DNA of 56,737 nt from an uncultured Alphaproteobacteria bacterium (GTDB taxonomy: Bacteria; Pseudomonadota; Alphaproteobacteria; HIMB59; GCA-002718135), in assembly GCA_902589095.1 (NCBI GenBank), contig CACIRR010000002.1, forward strand, positions 1 through 56,737. The letters run 5' to 3'. The notes under the pieces were generated by a model. It saw nothing but the letters and a program-made list of their open reading frames with translations, did no database searches and was not told the DNA's origin. The number at the start of each line of letters is the position of its first letter. Positions within the stretch are counted from its first letter, which is position 1. The translations under genes and the position numbers were made by a program. This document shows, piece after piece, positions 20,027 through 29,635 of this stretch.

Positions 20027-21025
20027 CTATAGCCAGTCTGGTAGAGGCAAGTTATTATCATTTAAAAATTTCTTGTTAAACATTTTATCATAATATTTGT
20101 TAGCATCATCACAAAGAATAGTAACAATAGTATTACCAGGTCCAAGTTCCTTTGCCATTTTAATAGCGCCCATTACGTTCACTCCAGAGCTAGTTCCAAG
20201 AAATAAACCTTCTGTTTTAATTAATTTATATAGCATCTCTAAACATTCTTTATCATCAACAAAATATGACATATCTACAGAACAATTTTCTAGATTTTTT
20301 GTGATTCTTGCCTGACCTATTCCTTCTGTAAAAGAAGGCTCACCTTTTTTTTCTAACTTACCTTGTGTGAAATAATTATACATCGAGGATCCTTGTGAGT
20401 CTGTGCAGGCAATTTTTATATTTTTATCTTTTGATTTTAGGCCCATTCCGACACCTGTTAAAGTTCCACCTGTGCCAATTGAACATGTAAAACCATTAAT
20501 CTTTCCACTTGTTTGATTATATATTTCATTAGCTGTAGTTTTTTCATGAAACATATAATTTGCAGTATTTTCAAATTGTCCTGCCCAAAAAGTTTTAACA
20601 CCTCTATCTTTTTCTATTTCTTTGGCCAGTCTCTCAGATACTCTTTGATAATTCCCAGGATCTGAAAAAGGTTTTGGGTCAACAAGATGCAGTTCTGCTC
20701 CCATGTTTCGTAATATATCTCTTTTTGATGGCACAGTTATGTTTGGCATGACTATTACGGTCTTATAGCCTCTCGCATTATTTACTAAAGTTAAACCTAT
20801 ACCTGTATTTCCAAAAGTTCCTTCAACACATATTCCATTGGGCTCTATTAAGTCATTTTTTTCAGCATCAAGGATAATTCCCAGTGCTGTTCTATCTTTG
20901 ATGGATCCCCCAGGATTAAGAAACTCAGCTTTGCCATAAATTTCACATTTGGTGATTTCAGATGGATATTTGAGTTTTATAAGAGGGGTATTTCCAATTA
21001 AATCGACAATATTATTTGTTATCAT
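20027..21025 (-). CDS. cysteine synthase / cystathionine beta-synthase-type PLP enzyme (no CBS regulatory domains)
   Basis: [12 protein letters not shown]-lysine motif, GNTGIGL, and a GTGGTLTG loop. 332 aa. Confidence 0.8.
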   Translation of the reverse strand: MITNNIVDLIGNTPLIKLKYPSEITKCEIYGKAEFLNPGGSIKDRTALGIILDAEKNDLIEPNGICVEGTFGNTGIGLTLVNNARGYKTVIVMPNITVPSKRDILRNMGAELHLVDPKPFSDPGNYQRVSERLAKEIEKDRGVKTFWAGQFENTANYMFHEKTTANEIYNQTSGKINGFTCSIGTGGTLTGVGMGLKSKDKNIKIACTDSQGSSMYNYFTQGKLEKKGEPSFTEGIGQARITKNLENCSVDMSYFVDDKECLEMLYKLIKTEGLFLGTSSGVNVMGAIKMAKELGPGNTIVTILCDDANKYYDKMFNKKFLNDNNLPLPDWL

Positions 21026-21587
21026 TTATGTCTCTTACACCATATGGTTTAAAGCTAGTATCCGTATTTGTACTTATATTTTTAGCAGGATTGCCAACCA
21101 TTGTTGCATTTGCAGGTACATCTTTTAAAACGACTGTATTAGCTCCAATTCTTGCACATTCACCAACAGTAATAGGTCCTAATATTTGTGCACTTGAGCC
21201 AACAATTACATTATCTAATAGTGTAGGGTGCCTTTTACTATTACGTTGGTTATCAGAATTTTCTGAAGGCGATATACCTCCTAAAGTGACTCCATGATAG
21301 AGTGTAACATCATTTCCTATTTCTGAACTTTCACCAATTACTACACCCATTCCATGATCAATAAACAAATTTTTCCCAATTTTGGCACCTGGATGTATTT
21401 CAATTCCTGTTAGAAAACGACTAAATTGAGATATTATTCTTGCAATGAGGTAAAATTTAAAATTCCAAATTTTATGAGCTAAATGATGAAAAAAAACAGC
21501 CTTAACACCTGGATAAGTTAAAATAATACTTAGTTTATCTCTGGCGGCAGGGTCTCTTTTAATGATTGATTCTAAGTAACTATTCAT
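21012..21587 (-). CDS. cysE: serine O-acetyltransferase
   Basis: DPAARD N-terminal SATase motif and left-handed beta-helix hexapeptide repeats ([20 protein letters not shown]...). It overlaps the downstream gene by 14 nt. Confidence 0.85.
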   Translation of the reverse strand: MNSYLESIIKRDPAARDKLSIILTYPGVKAVFFHHLAHKIWNFKFYLIARIISQFSRFLTGIEIHPGAKIGKNLFIDHGMGVVIGESSEIGNDVTLYHGVTLGGISPSENSDNQRNSKRHPTLLDNVIVGSSAQILGPITVGECARIGANTVVLKDVPANATMVGNPAKNISTNTDTSFKPYGVRDINDNK

Positions 21588-21686
21588 ATTTATAAGTGCT
21601 AAGTAATGATTATTTTGGAATTTTCAATTAGTATGCATTCTGTGACCTATAAATTGATTTTTATGAATATTAATACTTTTTAACTA

Positions 21687-22076
21687 ATGGAAAAATTTAG
21701 AGTTTATTATGAAGACACAGATGCATCTGGAAGAGTTTATCATGCAAATTATCTGAAATATTTAGAGAGAGGAAGATCAAATTTGATCTATCAATCGAAG
21801 TATAATCATCAAGAATTATTAAAAAAATTTAATATTATTTTTGTAGTTAAAAATTTAAACATCAATTATTTAAGACCAGCTTTTTTTGAAGATATTCTAG
21901 AAGTACAAACCTCTATAAATCAATTAAGTAGAGTTAAATTGAATTTTAATCAAAAAATATTTAGAAATACTGAATTACTTGTTGATGCTGAAGTAATTGT
22001 TATACCAGTTAATATAGAGGGTAAAATAATAAGATTAAATGAAGAGCTTTTTTCTTTTTTGAAAACAATTAGCTAA
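21687..22076 (+). CDS. ybgC: YbgC/4HBT-family acyl-CoA thioesterase
   Basis: 129 aa. The VYYEDTDASGRVYHANYLKYLERGR hotdog-fold catalytic-Asp motif is present. Confidence 0.75.
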   Translation: MEKFRVYYEDTDASGRVYHANYLKYLERGRSNLIYQSKYNHQELLKKFNIIFVVKNLNINYLRPAFFEDILEVQTSINQLSRVKLNFNQKIFRNTELLVDAEVIVIPVNIEGKIIRLNEELFSFLKTIS

Positions 22077-22816
22077 TCATCTTTATTATTTTCACTATCT
22101 TTGATTGATCGTCCCCAGCAAATTATCGCAAAATAGATAGATGTTACAACCCAAAGAATAAAAATAATAGTACTATCAATCATAAAAATTTTAGAAGAGG
22201 GAGTTGTTACAAGTTTTAGAGTTGTGGCAGACCAAATAATTGTAAAAAAAATTGTTAAGTTTCTTAGCTCTTTGACTCTTAAAGGATGTACAAATTTTAT
22301 TGGTACAAATGTTAAGATTAAACAAATAATTATAACAGCAACATTTATGTATTCATTGGTGCCAAGGATAAAAAAATATAAAACAACTATATTCCATACT
22401 GCAGGGAAACCTCTAAAATAATAATCATCAGTTTTCATTCGAAGATTTGCAAAAGTATACAAAGAAACCAAGAAAATTGCTGCAGGTAAAATAATTTCTA
22501 ATATACCAGGGACCATTCCAAACCAATAAATCATTAAGCTTGGAATGATGACGTAATTTAAATAATCAATTACACTATCTAATATTGTTCCATCTATATT
22601 AGGAGTTTGCTCTGAAACATTAACTTTCCTTGCTAATGTGCCATCTAGTCCATCAATTAATAGTGCCAAGCCTAGCCATAAAAATGCGCCTACGGCATCA
22701 CTATTTAAAATGGCAATTATGGCCAAAAATCCTAACACTGCGCCAGATCCTGTAAATCCATGCACAGCCCATGCCGCTATTTTGTTCTTATTAATTTTAT
22801 TAAGGTTAAGAAACAT
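22073..22816 (-). CDS. pcs: CDP-alcohol phosphatidyltransferase, phosphatidylcholine-synthase-like
   Basis: DGLDGTLAR-x12-G-x3-D-x3-D (DGLDGTLARKVNVSEQTPNIDGTILDSVID). The x12 spacing matches the Pcs variant of the motif as I recall it. 247 aa, polytopic. Confidence 0.6.
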   Translation of the reverse strand: MFLNLNKINKNKIAAWAVHGFTGSGAVLGFLAIIAILNSDAVGAFLWLGLALLIDGLDGTLARKVNVSEQTPNIDGTILDSVIDYLNYVIIPSLMIYWFGMVPGILEIILPAAIFLVSLYTFANLRMKTDDYYFRGFPAVWNIVVLYFFILGTNEYINVAVIIICLILTFVPIKFVHPLRVKELRNLTIFFTIIWSATTLKLVTTPSSKIFMIDSTIIFILWVVTSIYFAIICWGRSIKDSENNKDD

Positions 22817-22894
22817 TACAATTTTATAACATTAAATTTACTTATTGTTTCAATATTTTATATTTATTTGAAGAATCAAATGATATTTTGAAGT

Positions 22895-23731
22895 ATGAAT
22901 ATTGTTACTGATGTTGTTTTGCCCATTGCTCTAGCATTTATTATGTTTTCTTTGGGTTTAGGTTTGTCTATTTCTGATTTTGCAAGAATATTTATAAAAC
23001 CAAAGGAATTTTTTGTGGGCTTTGTTTCTCAACTAATAATATTGCCTATTGTTGCATTAATTCTAGTTTTTATATGGCCTTTATCTCCTGAAATAGCAAT
23101 CGGCGTAATGATACTAGCAGCAGCTCCAGGTGGTGCTACTTCAAACATTTTAACTTCCTTTGCCAAAGGTGATGTAGCACTTTCTATATCTCTTACAGCA
23201 GTCATTAGTATACTAAGTGTTATTACTATTCCCTTAATATTAGGAATTTCATTATCTTTACTAGGTACAAATCTTGCAAATGAAGGAATATCACTAATGG
23301 ATATTGCCTTAAAAATGTTTTTAATTGTAACTGTTCCAGTGCTTATTGGTATGTTGCTGAAAAATATTCTTAGTGCTTTTGAAGGTATTGCAAAAAAAAT
23401 ATCTACCGGTTTGTTTTTTTTAGTTCTTCTAGGTGCAGTTTTAGCTGAAAGAGAAAATGTAATCACGTATTTTGCTCAAGCAGGATTAATTACACTTATT
23501 TTAAATATCGTTATGATGTTAATTGCTTTTTATCTTAGTAAGTCCCTTATCTCTAACATTTCACAGCAAAGAGCCATAACACTTGAATGTGGATTGCAAA
23601 ATGGCACACTAGCTATTGTCGTTGCAAATGTTTTCTTTGATGGAGGTGCGTATTTAATTCCAGCAGCAACGTATAGTTTAATTATGTATGCTACATCCCT
23701 TCCATATATTTATTATCTAAGAAGAAACTAA
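22895..23731 (+). CDS. bile acid:sodium symporter (BASS) family transporter
   Basis: 278 aa, about 8-9 TM, with an AAAPGGATSN-type motif. Confidence 0.7.
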   Translation: MNIVTDVVLPIALAFIMFSLGLGLSISDFARIFIKPKEFFVGFVSQLIILPIVALILVFIWPLSPEIAIGVMILAAAPGGATSNILTSFAKGDVALSISLTAVISILSVITIPLILGISLSLLGTNLANEGISLMDIALKMFLIVTVPVLIGMLLKNILSAFEGIAKKISTGLFFLVLLGAVLAERENVITYFAQAGLITLILNIVMMLIAFYLSKSLISNISQQRAITLECGLQNGTLAIVVANVFFDGGAYLIPAATYSLIMYATSLPYIYYLRRN

Positions 23732-24511
23732 TACTGGAAAAGTTTTAGAGTCCAAAGGAGCTCCATTTTTAAATTTAATATTTGGGAATGGGGGAGACAT
23801 CTCACCTTTTCTTTTTATGTAAGTAGCATCATCACCAGTAAACCTTATTGAAAATGCTCTACGCCTTTTTTTAGATTTATTTTCTGGCGCGCCATGAACG
23901 GTAGAAAAATTAAAAACTACTGCATCACCTGGACTCACTTTCCAACTTTTAATTTTGAATTTTTTTCTGTTATTTTCGATGTTAGGGATATGTTCAAATT
24001 CTCCATCTTTTTGCTCGTAACTATGGCCAAAAAATTTAGTTGGTAAAAATTGCTTATTCCATTTATTTGAACCCAGAACAAATTCAGGAGATGAAGATTT
24101 ACTAACTTCATCTAATGGAATCCAAAAACTACAATTATCTCTACCATTTACGCAGTAATAAGATTGATCTTGATGCCAAGGTGTTCGTTTTTTTGAGCCT
24201 ACTTCTTTTATAAGAACATGTTCATGAAATAAATTAACTTTATTTGATTGCATTAATACTTTTGCAATAAAGGCGATGTTTGAATTAAAAATAAAATTTT
24301 TGTATTCACTTATTCGACTCCAATTACAATAATCATCATAGAAAAGTTCCTTTTTATTGTTTTTTTCATAAACACATTTGTATTTACTTGGTTTATCAAA
24401 ATTCTTTTTTAATCCTTTTTTAAGAATTGATATCCACTTATCGCTAATTATGTCCCTTAAAATTACAACACCGTTTTTATTGTAATTATTGATTATTGAT
24501 TTATTAATCAC
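23717..24511 (-). CDS. phytanoyl-CoA dioxygenase (PhyH) family Fe(II)/2-oxoglutarate oxygenase
   Basis: WHQDQSYY (His-x-Asp facial triad) and a distal TVHGAPEN histidine. 264 aa. Confidence 0.7.
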   Translation of the reverse strand: MINKSIINNYNKNGVVILRDIISDKWISILKKGLKKNFDKPSKYKCVYEKNNKKELFYDDYCNWSRISEYKNFIFNSNIAFIAKVLMQSNKVNLFHEHVLIKEVGSKKRTPWHQDQSYYCVNGRDNCSFWIPLDEVSKSSSPEFVLGSNKWNKQFLPTKFFGHSYEQKDGEFEHIPNIENNRKKFKIKSWKVSPGDAVVFNFSTVHGAPENKSKKRRRAFSIRFTGDDATYIKRKGEMSPPFPNIKFKNGAPLDSKTFPVLVSS

Positions 24512-24520
24512 TGAATTAAT

Positions 24521-25282
24521 TTAACTTTTTATTTTATAACCTTTAGCAAAAGTATAACTTATAATTAAAACACAGGTAAATAAAAAAAATAACATTGTTA
24601 TTAGACTTGTATAAATGCTTACATCAGCAATTTCATAAAAACTCCATCTAAATCCACTTACTAAATATAATACAGGATTTAAAAGAGAAACTTTTTGCCA
24701 AAATTCTGGTAACATATTGATGCTATAAAAGCTCCCACCAAGAAAAACCAAAGGAGTTATAATTAGAATAGGAATTAGTTGCAGTTTTTCAAAGTTATCT
24801 GCCCACATACCAATAATAAAACCAAATAATGCAAATGTAACTGAGGTTAGTATTAAAAAAAACATCATTATAAATGGATGTTCTATATGAAGATCAACAA
24901 ACAAACCAGCAGTGCAAATAATGACAGTGCCAATGATGAGAGATTTTGTTGCGGCAGCTCCTACAAATCCTAGAATAATTTCAAAACTGGAAAGAGGGGC
25001 TGCAAGAATTTCATAAACTGTATTTGTAAATTTTGGGAAAAAGATACCAAAAGAAGCATTTGAAATAGATTGAGTTAAAATGGTAAGCATAATCATTCCA
25101 GGTACAATAAATGATCCATAACTAATTCCTTCAATCTCTGTAATTCTAGAGCCAATTGCTGAACCAAAAACTACAAAATACAAGGAAGTGGATATAAATG
25201 GAGAGACTAAACTTTGAAAAAGAGTTCTTCTCATTCTATCCATTTCATGAAAGTAAATTGCTTTAAGCCCTTGCAAATTCAT
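24521..25282 (-). CDS. ABC-2 type exporter permease
   Basis: 253 aa with six TM segments, a YadH/NodJ-like layout, overlapping the upstream ATPase gene. Confidence 0.75.
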   Translation of the reverse strand: MNLQGLKAIYFHEMDRMRRTLFQSLVSPFISTSLYFVVFGSAIGSRITEIEGISYGSFIVPGMIMLTILTQSISNASFGIFFPKFTNTVYEILAAPLSSFEIILGFVGAAATKSLIIGTVIICTAGLFVDLHIEHPFIMMFFLILTSVTFALFGFIIGMWADNFEKLQLIPILIITPLVFLGGSFYSINMLPEFWQKVSLLNPVLYLVSGFRWSFYEIADVSIYTSLITMLFFLFTCVLIISYTFAKGYKIKS

Positions 25283-26207
25283 TTTCTGACTCCTTTACTA
25301 AATTTAAAAATATTGACTCCAATGAGCTTTGCTCAGTACTAATGTCTTTTAATTGTAACCCTAAGCTTTTTATTTCTGATAATAATGAGGTGATACCAGT
25401 ATTTTTACCTTTTGTATCGTACGTGTAAGTTAAAATGTTTTTTTCATTATTAAGTTGTAATTTAAAACTTTCTAATGCATTTGGAATTGATTTTATGGAT
25501 TCCGATAATTCAATCTTGAGAATTTTTTGACCAAGTTTTTGTATTAATTTTTTCTTTTCATCAACTAAAATTATTTTTCCGTTGTTAATGATGCCAACTC
25601 GATCTGCAATTTCTTCTGCTTCTTCAATGTAATGTGTTGTTAAGATAATAGTCACATTTTTTTCTTTAAGTTTTTGTATTACTTTCCACATGTCTTTGCG
25701 TAATTCAACATCCACCGAAGCAGTTGGTTCATCTAAAAATAACACTTTTGGTTCATGAGAAAGAGCTTTTGCAATTAGAACGCGCCTTTTCATTCCACCA
25801 GATAATTCCCTCAGTTTGTTATCTTTTTTATCCCAAAGAGATAGCTCTTTTAACAACTCTTCAATGTATTGATAATTAGGAGATTTTCCATATAGACCTC
25901 TTGAATAATTAACATTATTCCATACAGTCTCAAATGCCTCTAAATTTAATTCTTGAGGAACTATTCCAATAAGTGATCTTGCTTTACGATAATCTTTAAT
26001 GATATCATATTCATTGACTGATATATTGCCATCATCAAAATTAAGAATGCCACAAACTGTATTAATTAATGTGGATTTACCAGCTCCATTGGGTCCCAAT
26101 AAAGCAAATATTTCACCCTCATTAATGTTTAAACTAAGCTCATCTAATGCTTTGAATTTATTTTTATAAATTTTAGTAATTTTATTAATTTTTAAAATTT
26201 CTTTCAT
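25263..26207 (-). CDS. ABC transporter ATP-binding protein (ABC-2 subfamily)
   Basis: Walker A GPNGAGKST, signature LSGGMKRR, Walker B LFLDEPT. Confidence 0.85.
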   Translation of the reverse strand: MKEILKINKITKIYKNKFKALDELSLNINEGEIFALLGPNGAGKSTLINTVCGILNFDDGNISVNEYDIIKDYRKARSLIGIVPQELNLEAFETVWNNVNYSRGLYGKSPNYQYIEELLKELSLWDKKDNKLRELSGGMKRRVLIAKALSHEPKVLFLDEPTASVDVELRKDMWKVIQKLKEKNVTIILTTHYIEEAEEIADRVGIINNGKIILVDEKKKLIQKLGQKILKIELSESIKSIPNALESFKLQLNNEKNILTYTYDTKGKNTGITSLLSEIKSLGLQLKDISTEQSSLESIFLNLVKESENEFARA

Positions 26208-27387
26208 TATTAATTTTAGTAATTAGCTCCGGAATATGTTTTTTGAAGTTAAAAAACCCTTTTTTTGAGTATTTCCATGCTTCTTTATCATATTCTCTAT
26301 GTAAATATACAAAATTAATTAACGGGTTGTCTTTGATTAATTTTTTTGTAATGGCTCTCCAGTTTCCTTTTGAAACATAAGGAATACATACTTTTTGAAT
26401 ATTATTTTTTTTAATCCATTCTCTAAAATTTTGATGATAATTATCGAAGTGTATCTCGTATGAAACATCTTTGTAAAATTCATTATTTTTAAAATTAGAA
26501 GTAATAATATTTTTTAAATGCTTTTTTACATTTTCAGAAAAATTATGATCATTATATTCATTTAAAGGCAATCCTGAAAACACATATTTAAATTTATAAC
26601 TGTTGTTTTGAATAAAATTAAGTTCATCTGAAGTAATTAAAATTGCTTCAGAAATTAAATGATTTTGATTTTGAAAATCGATTTCTTTTATTTTGTATTC
26701 TTTTTCTTCTATTTTGCATGTAGCATTTTCATTAATAAATATTTTATTATTGATATTAATATTAGAGAATTTACTGATATTATCCTTTCGTGCTAAATAA
26801 TGTTTACCTTTAGTTTGCAATCCTCCAACCCATCTCCATGAAAGTGTATTGGATGCTGGATCCCCATCAAGTAAATTTTCCATAAAAAAATTTGCACCAA
26901 GTTGCCAAGGTAAATTGAATGTAAAAATCCATAAACTTGCAAACCACATTCTTACATGGTTATGGAGATACCCATCTTCTTTTAAATTACTAACCCAATT
27001 ATTAAAGAAATCAATTTTAGTTTCTCCATTGATTACTTTTTTGTATTCTGTGTTAATGTTATATTCTTGCAATAAAACATTTTTTTCTGAGAGGTAATCA
27101 TCATAAACTTCTTCTCTATGTTCCAACCAACCTTTCCAATAAGTTCTCCAAAAAATTTCTTGAATAAATTTTTCAACTTTCAAAAATGGATGAATTGCTA
27201 ATACTTTTTTTATGATATCTTCTTCAGATATTAGACGATACCGAATGTAAGGAGATAGCAATGAAGTAGAATGTACTTTATTTTCAAAATCATAAGAGTA
27301 ATTTCTTTTGGAACTATAATAAGAACCGGTTTTAGGTAAATATTTTGATAGGAGCGCTTGCGCTTCCTTCAAGTTAGATAGAAACAT
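26185..27387 (-). CDS. photolyase/cryptochrome FAD-binding-domain protein with unrelated or permuted C-terminal half
   Basis: Residues 1-200 match the photolyase FAD-binding domain (LSPYIRYRLIS; EIFWRTYW; HNHVRMWFASLW; LLDGDPASNTLSWRWVGG). There is no N-terminal alpha/beta domain. About 190 aa of unassigned sequence follow. Confidence 0.65.
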   Translation of the reverse strand: MFLSNLKEAQALLSKYLPKTGSYYSSKRNYSYDFENKVHSTSLLSPYIRYRLISEEDIIKKVLAIHPFLKVEKFIQEIFWRTYWKGWLEHREEVYDDYLSEKNVLLQEYNINTEYKKVINGETKIDFFNNWVSNLKEDGYLHNHVRMWFASLWIFTFNLPWQLGANFFMENLLDGDPASNTLSWRWVGGLQTKGKHYLARKDNISKFSNININNKIFINENATCKIEEKEYKIKEIDFQNQNHLISEAILITSDELNFIQNNSYKFKYVFSGLPLNEYNDHNFSENVKKHLKNIITSNFKNNEFYKDVSYEIHFDNYHQNFREWIKKNNIQKVCIPYVSKGNWRAITKKLIKDNPLINFVYLHREYDKEAWKYSKKGFFNFKKHIPELITKINNERNFKN

Positions 27388-27395
27388 TAAAATTA

Positions 27396-27770
27396 TTAGT
27401 CTTTTTTGTCTCTTTTAAAATAATCTAAATGTCTTATACGAAGAACTACGATTGAAATTGCAATTATTAAGATTGCTACAGATTCGTAAATTAGTGTTAC
27501 AGGCTCAATATCTTTTCGTTGAAGTATGATCAACCTTGCCAAAGCCGTCATTGCAATGAAAAGAGGATAGCTCATTCTAATAACTTTAGCTACCCAGTAT
27601 TCTTTAATCATTCCCAGAACTTCGACATAAATAAATAAAAGAAGGATATCAGCGAGTGTTACTCTTTGATTTTCTACCATCATTAGTATTTCTTGACCAA
27701 TAACTATTAGAGTACATAATAATAATATGGAGAGTACAATTTTTTCTAATATTTCAAAGCTGTTATTCAT
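27396..27770 (-). CDS. PsiE-like small inner-membrane protein
   Basis: 124 aa with 4 TM. ADILLLFIYVEVLGMI resembles the PsiE family core. Confidence 0.45.
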   Translation of the reverse strand: MNNSFEILEKIVLSILLLCTLIVIGQEILMMVENQRVTLADILLLFIYVEVLGMIKEYWVAKVIRMSYPLFIAMTALARLIILQRKDIEPVTLIYESVAILIIAISIVVLRIRHLDYFKRDKKD

Positions 27771-28116
27771 TTCTTAATAAATGTCTGTTCTTATAGAATA
27801 AAATTAAAGCAATAAACTCATAAATCAACCAAGCTGTATGATATATTCCTGGAATTGATGCAAATTTAGCCAATATTTTATATCTAGGGATTTCACTCCA
27901 AACAATCAAAAATGCATCTACACCCTTAAAAACCCTATTATTTTTAATGATATGCAATCTTCTTATAAGATCTTTTTTTGATAGTTTAGTATCAATTAGG
28001 GCGTTTTTATTGCTAATAACGTCTACCCAATTAATAGTATTATTTATTTTTTTATAATGATTTATTTCCGTCCTGCAAATTTTGCAAGACTCGTTAAAAT
28101 AACCATTTATTTTCAT
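27763..28116 (-). CDS. thiol-disulfide oxidoreductase DCC (DUF393) family protein
   Basis: N-terminal CxxC (CKICRTEINHY) and a size of 117 aa are typical of the DCC family. Confidence 0.6.
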   Translation of the reverse strand: MKINGYFNESCKICRTEINHYKKINNTINWVDVISNKNALIDTKLSKKDLIRRLHIIKNNRVFKGVDAFLIVWSEIPRYKILAKFASIPGIYHTAWLIYEFIALILFYKNRHLLRNE

Positions 28117-28130
28117 ATAGTTAAGCTAGG

Positions 28131-28928
28131 TTATTTATAGAAAAATTCAACTTTGCCAAATTGTCCAAAATCTGCTGAAATTTTTGAATTAGGAATAAGT
28201 TCATGAGCTTTAGTGCAAGTGCCAGTTGAGATGAATTGACCTTTTAGTAGTGTCTCACCTTTTTTAGCAATCTTATTTAATAGCCATAAAGCGGAATTAA
28301 TAGGACTTCCCATAACAGAATTAGTATTACCTTCTCCGATAACTCTATTATCAAAAAAAATATTAACAGGATGATTCTCAAAATTGATCGTATTTATATC
28401 AAAAACTTCACTATTTCTTATCCAGTATTCCGAAGCGCCATTTGTTGCAATTAAATTTAGAGCGCCAATTTCTTTCAAATTTTTATTAAATCGAAAGTCT
28501 ACAATTTCTAATGCACATACAAAACCATCAAATAAAGTATCTACATCTTTTAGAGCAAAAGGTGCTTCAGAAATATTAATATCATCTTTTATTCTTAGCG
28601 CTATTTCAGGTTCAATAAACGGTTTATTAAATTTCTTAGATGATAATTCCTCAATATCAATACTATAAAATCTAGAATAGAGGTTACCATAAAATGGCTC
28701 ATCTATATCAAGTTGTTTTTGGCCCTCCGTACTTGTGCAACCTACTTTTTTTCCAATAGAAATATTATCTTTTAAAGAAAGATATAGGAGTTTTAGTTCA
28801 TCTTGAATTATATAAGAGTCTTCGTATGATGTCGGAATAAATTTTTTAGGCAATTCATTTATAGTTAATTTATTGAGCCTGTAATCAAACAATAATTTAG
28901 CAGCTTCCTGATAATTGATATTTTTCAT
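28131..28928 (-). CDS. 2-keto-4-pentenoate hydratase / FAH-fold hydratase-decarboxylase family protein
   Basis: 265 aa. The N-terminal helical region followed by a FAH-like C-terminal fold (EPEIALRI ... GQFISTGTCT) resembles the MhpD/HpcG family. Confidence 0.6.
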   Translation of the reverse strand: MKNINYQEAAKLLFDYRLNKLTINELPKKFIPTSYEDSYIIQDELKLLYLSLKDNISIGKKVGCTSTEGQKQLDIDEPFYGNLYSRFYSIDIEELSSKKFNKPFIEPEIALRIKDDINISEAPFALKDVDTLFDGFVCALEIVDFRFNKNLKEIGALNLIATNGASEYWIRNSEVFDINTINFENHPVNIFFDNRVIGEGNTNSVMGSPINSALWLLNKIAKKGETLLKGQFISTGTCTKAHELIPNSKISADFGQFGKVEFFYK

Positions 28929-29635
28929 TAGATGGAGTATTTGTTCATAGCATCATAATATTTTAGTGACTCATCATAAATTTTTGAATATTTTTTCGGG
29001 ACAATAATATATTCTTTTCTATATTTATTAAAAGTTGTTGATTGTTCTACTTTTTTATACCAAACCTTAGACCAAATACCATCAGTATCTCTTTTTCCTT
29101 TTGGCCAATTAAGCATTTTTTTTGAAAAATTTATATTTAATTTTTTACATAATTTTTTCATCGAAAGTATTGGATTAAGAAGAATGTCATCAGCATTAAT
29201 TACTAAAAATTTAGATTTATTTTTTTTTATTTTGGTAAAAATTTCAAATTGTTTTTTAAATCCTATATCATTTATATCTCGCAAAGTATTTTTTTGAATA
29301 TATGAATTTATAACTTTAGATGGGTGTCTGATCAAAAAGCAATTATAACCTTTTTTAATCCAATTAAGTTTAGTATGTTTAACAATATGATGAGTCATAT
29401 GCTTCTGATAATAAATTTTATCTTTAGGATTATTAGTAATTCTTTTTATGATTTCATGTTGAGTACATGGATAATTCTTAATTATTTCGTTTTTCATCGG
29501 ATGATTTAATTGTGTTTTGAATAAATAATATGCATAAAATGGTTCATCATATACAAATGTATCATTTCTATTTTCAAAAGACCGCATCAAAGCAGTGCTG
29601 AGATTTCTTGGTCCTGACCACATAAAAATGAGCAT
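28928..29635 (-). CDS. sulfotransferase-like P-loop-fold protein, function unknown
   Basis: WSGPRNLSTALMRSF ... VYDEPFYAYYL N-terminus. It has ATGA-type overlaps with both neighbours. Confidence 0.4.
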   Translation of the reverse strand: MLIFMWSGPRNLSTALMRSFENRNDTFVYDEPFYAYYLFKTQLNHPMKNEIIKNYPCTQHEIIKRITNNPKDKIYYQKHMTHHIVKHTKLNWIKKGYNCFLIRHPSKVINSYIQKNTLRDINDIGFKKQFEIFTKIKKNKSKFLVINADDILLNPILSMKKLCKKLNINFSKKMLNWPKGKRDTDGIWSKVWYKKVEQSTTFNKYRKEYIIVPKKYSKIYDESLKYYDAMNKYSI

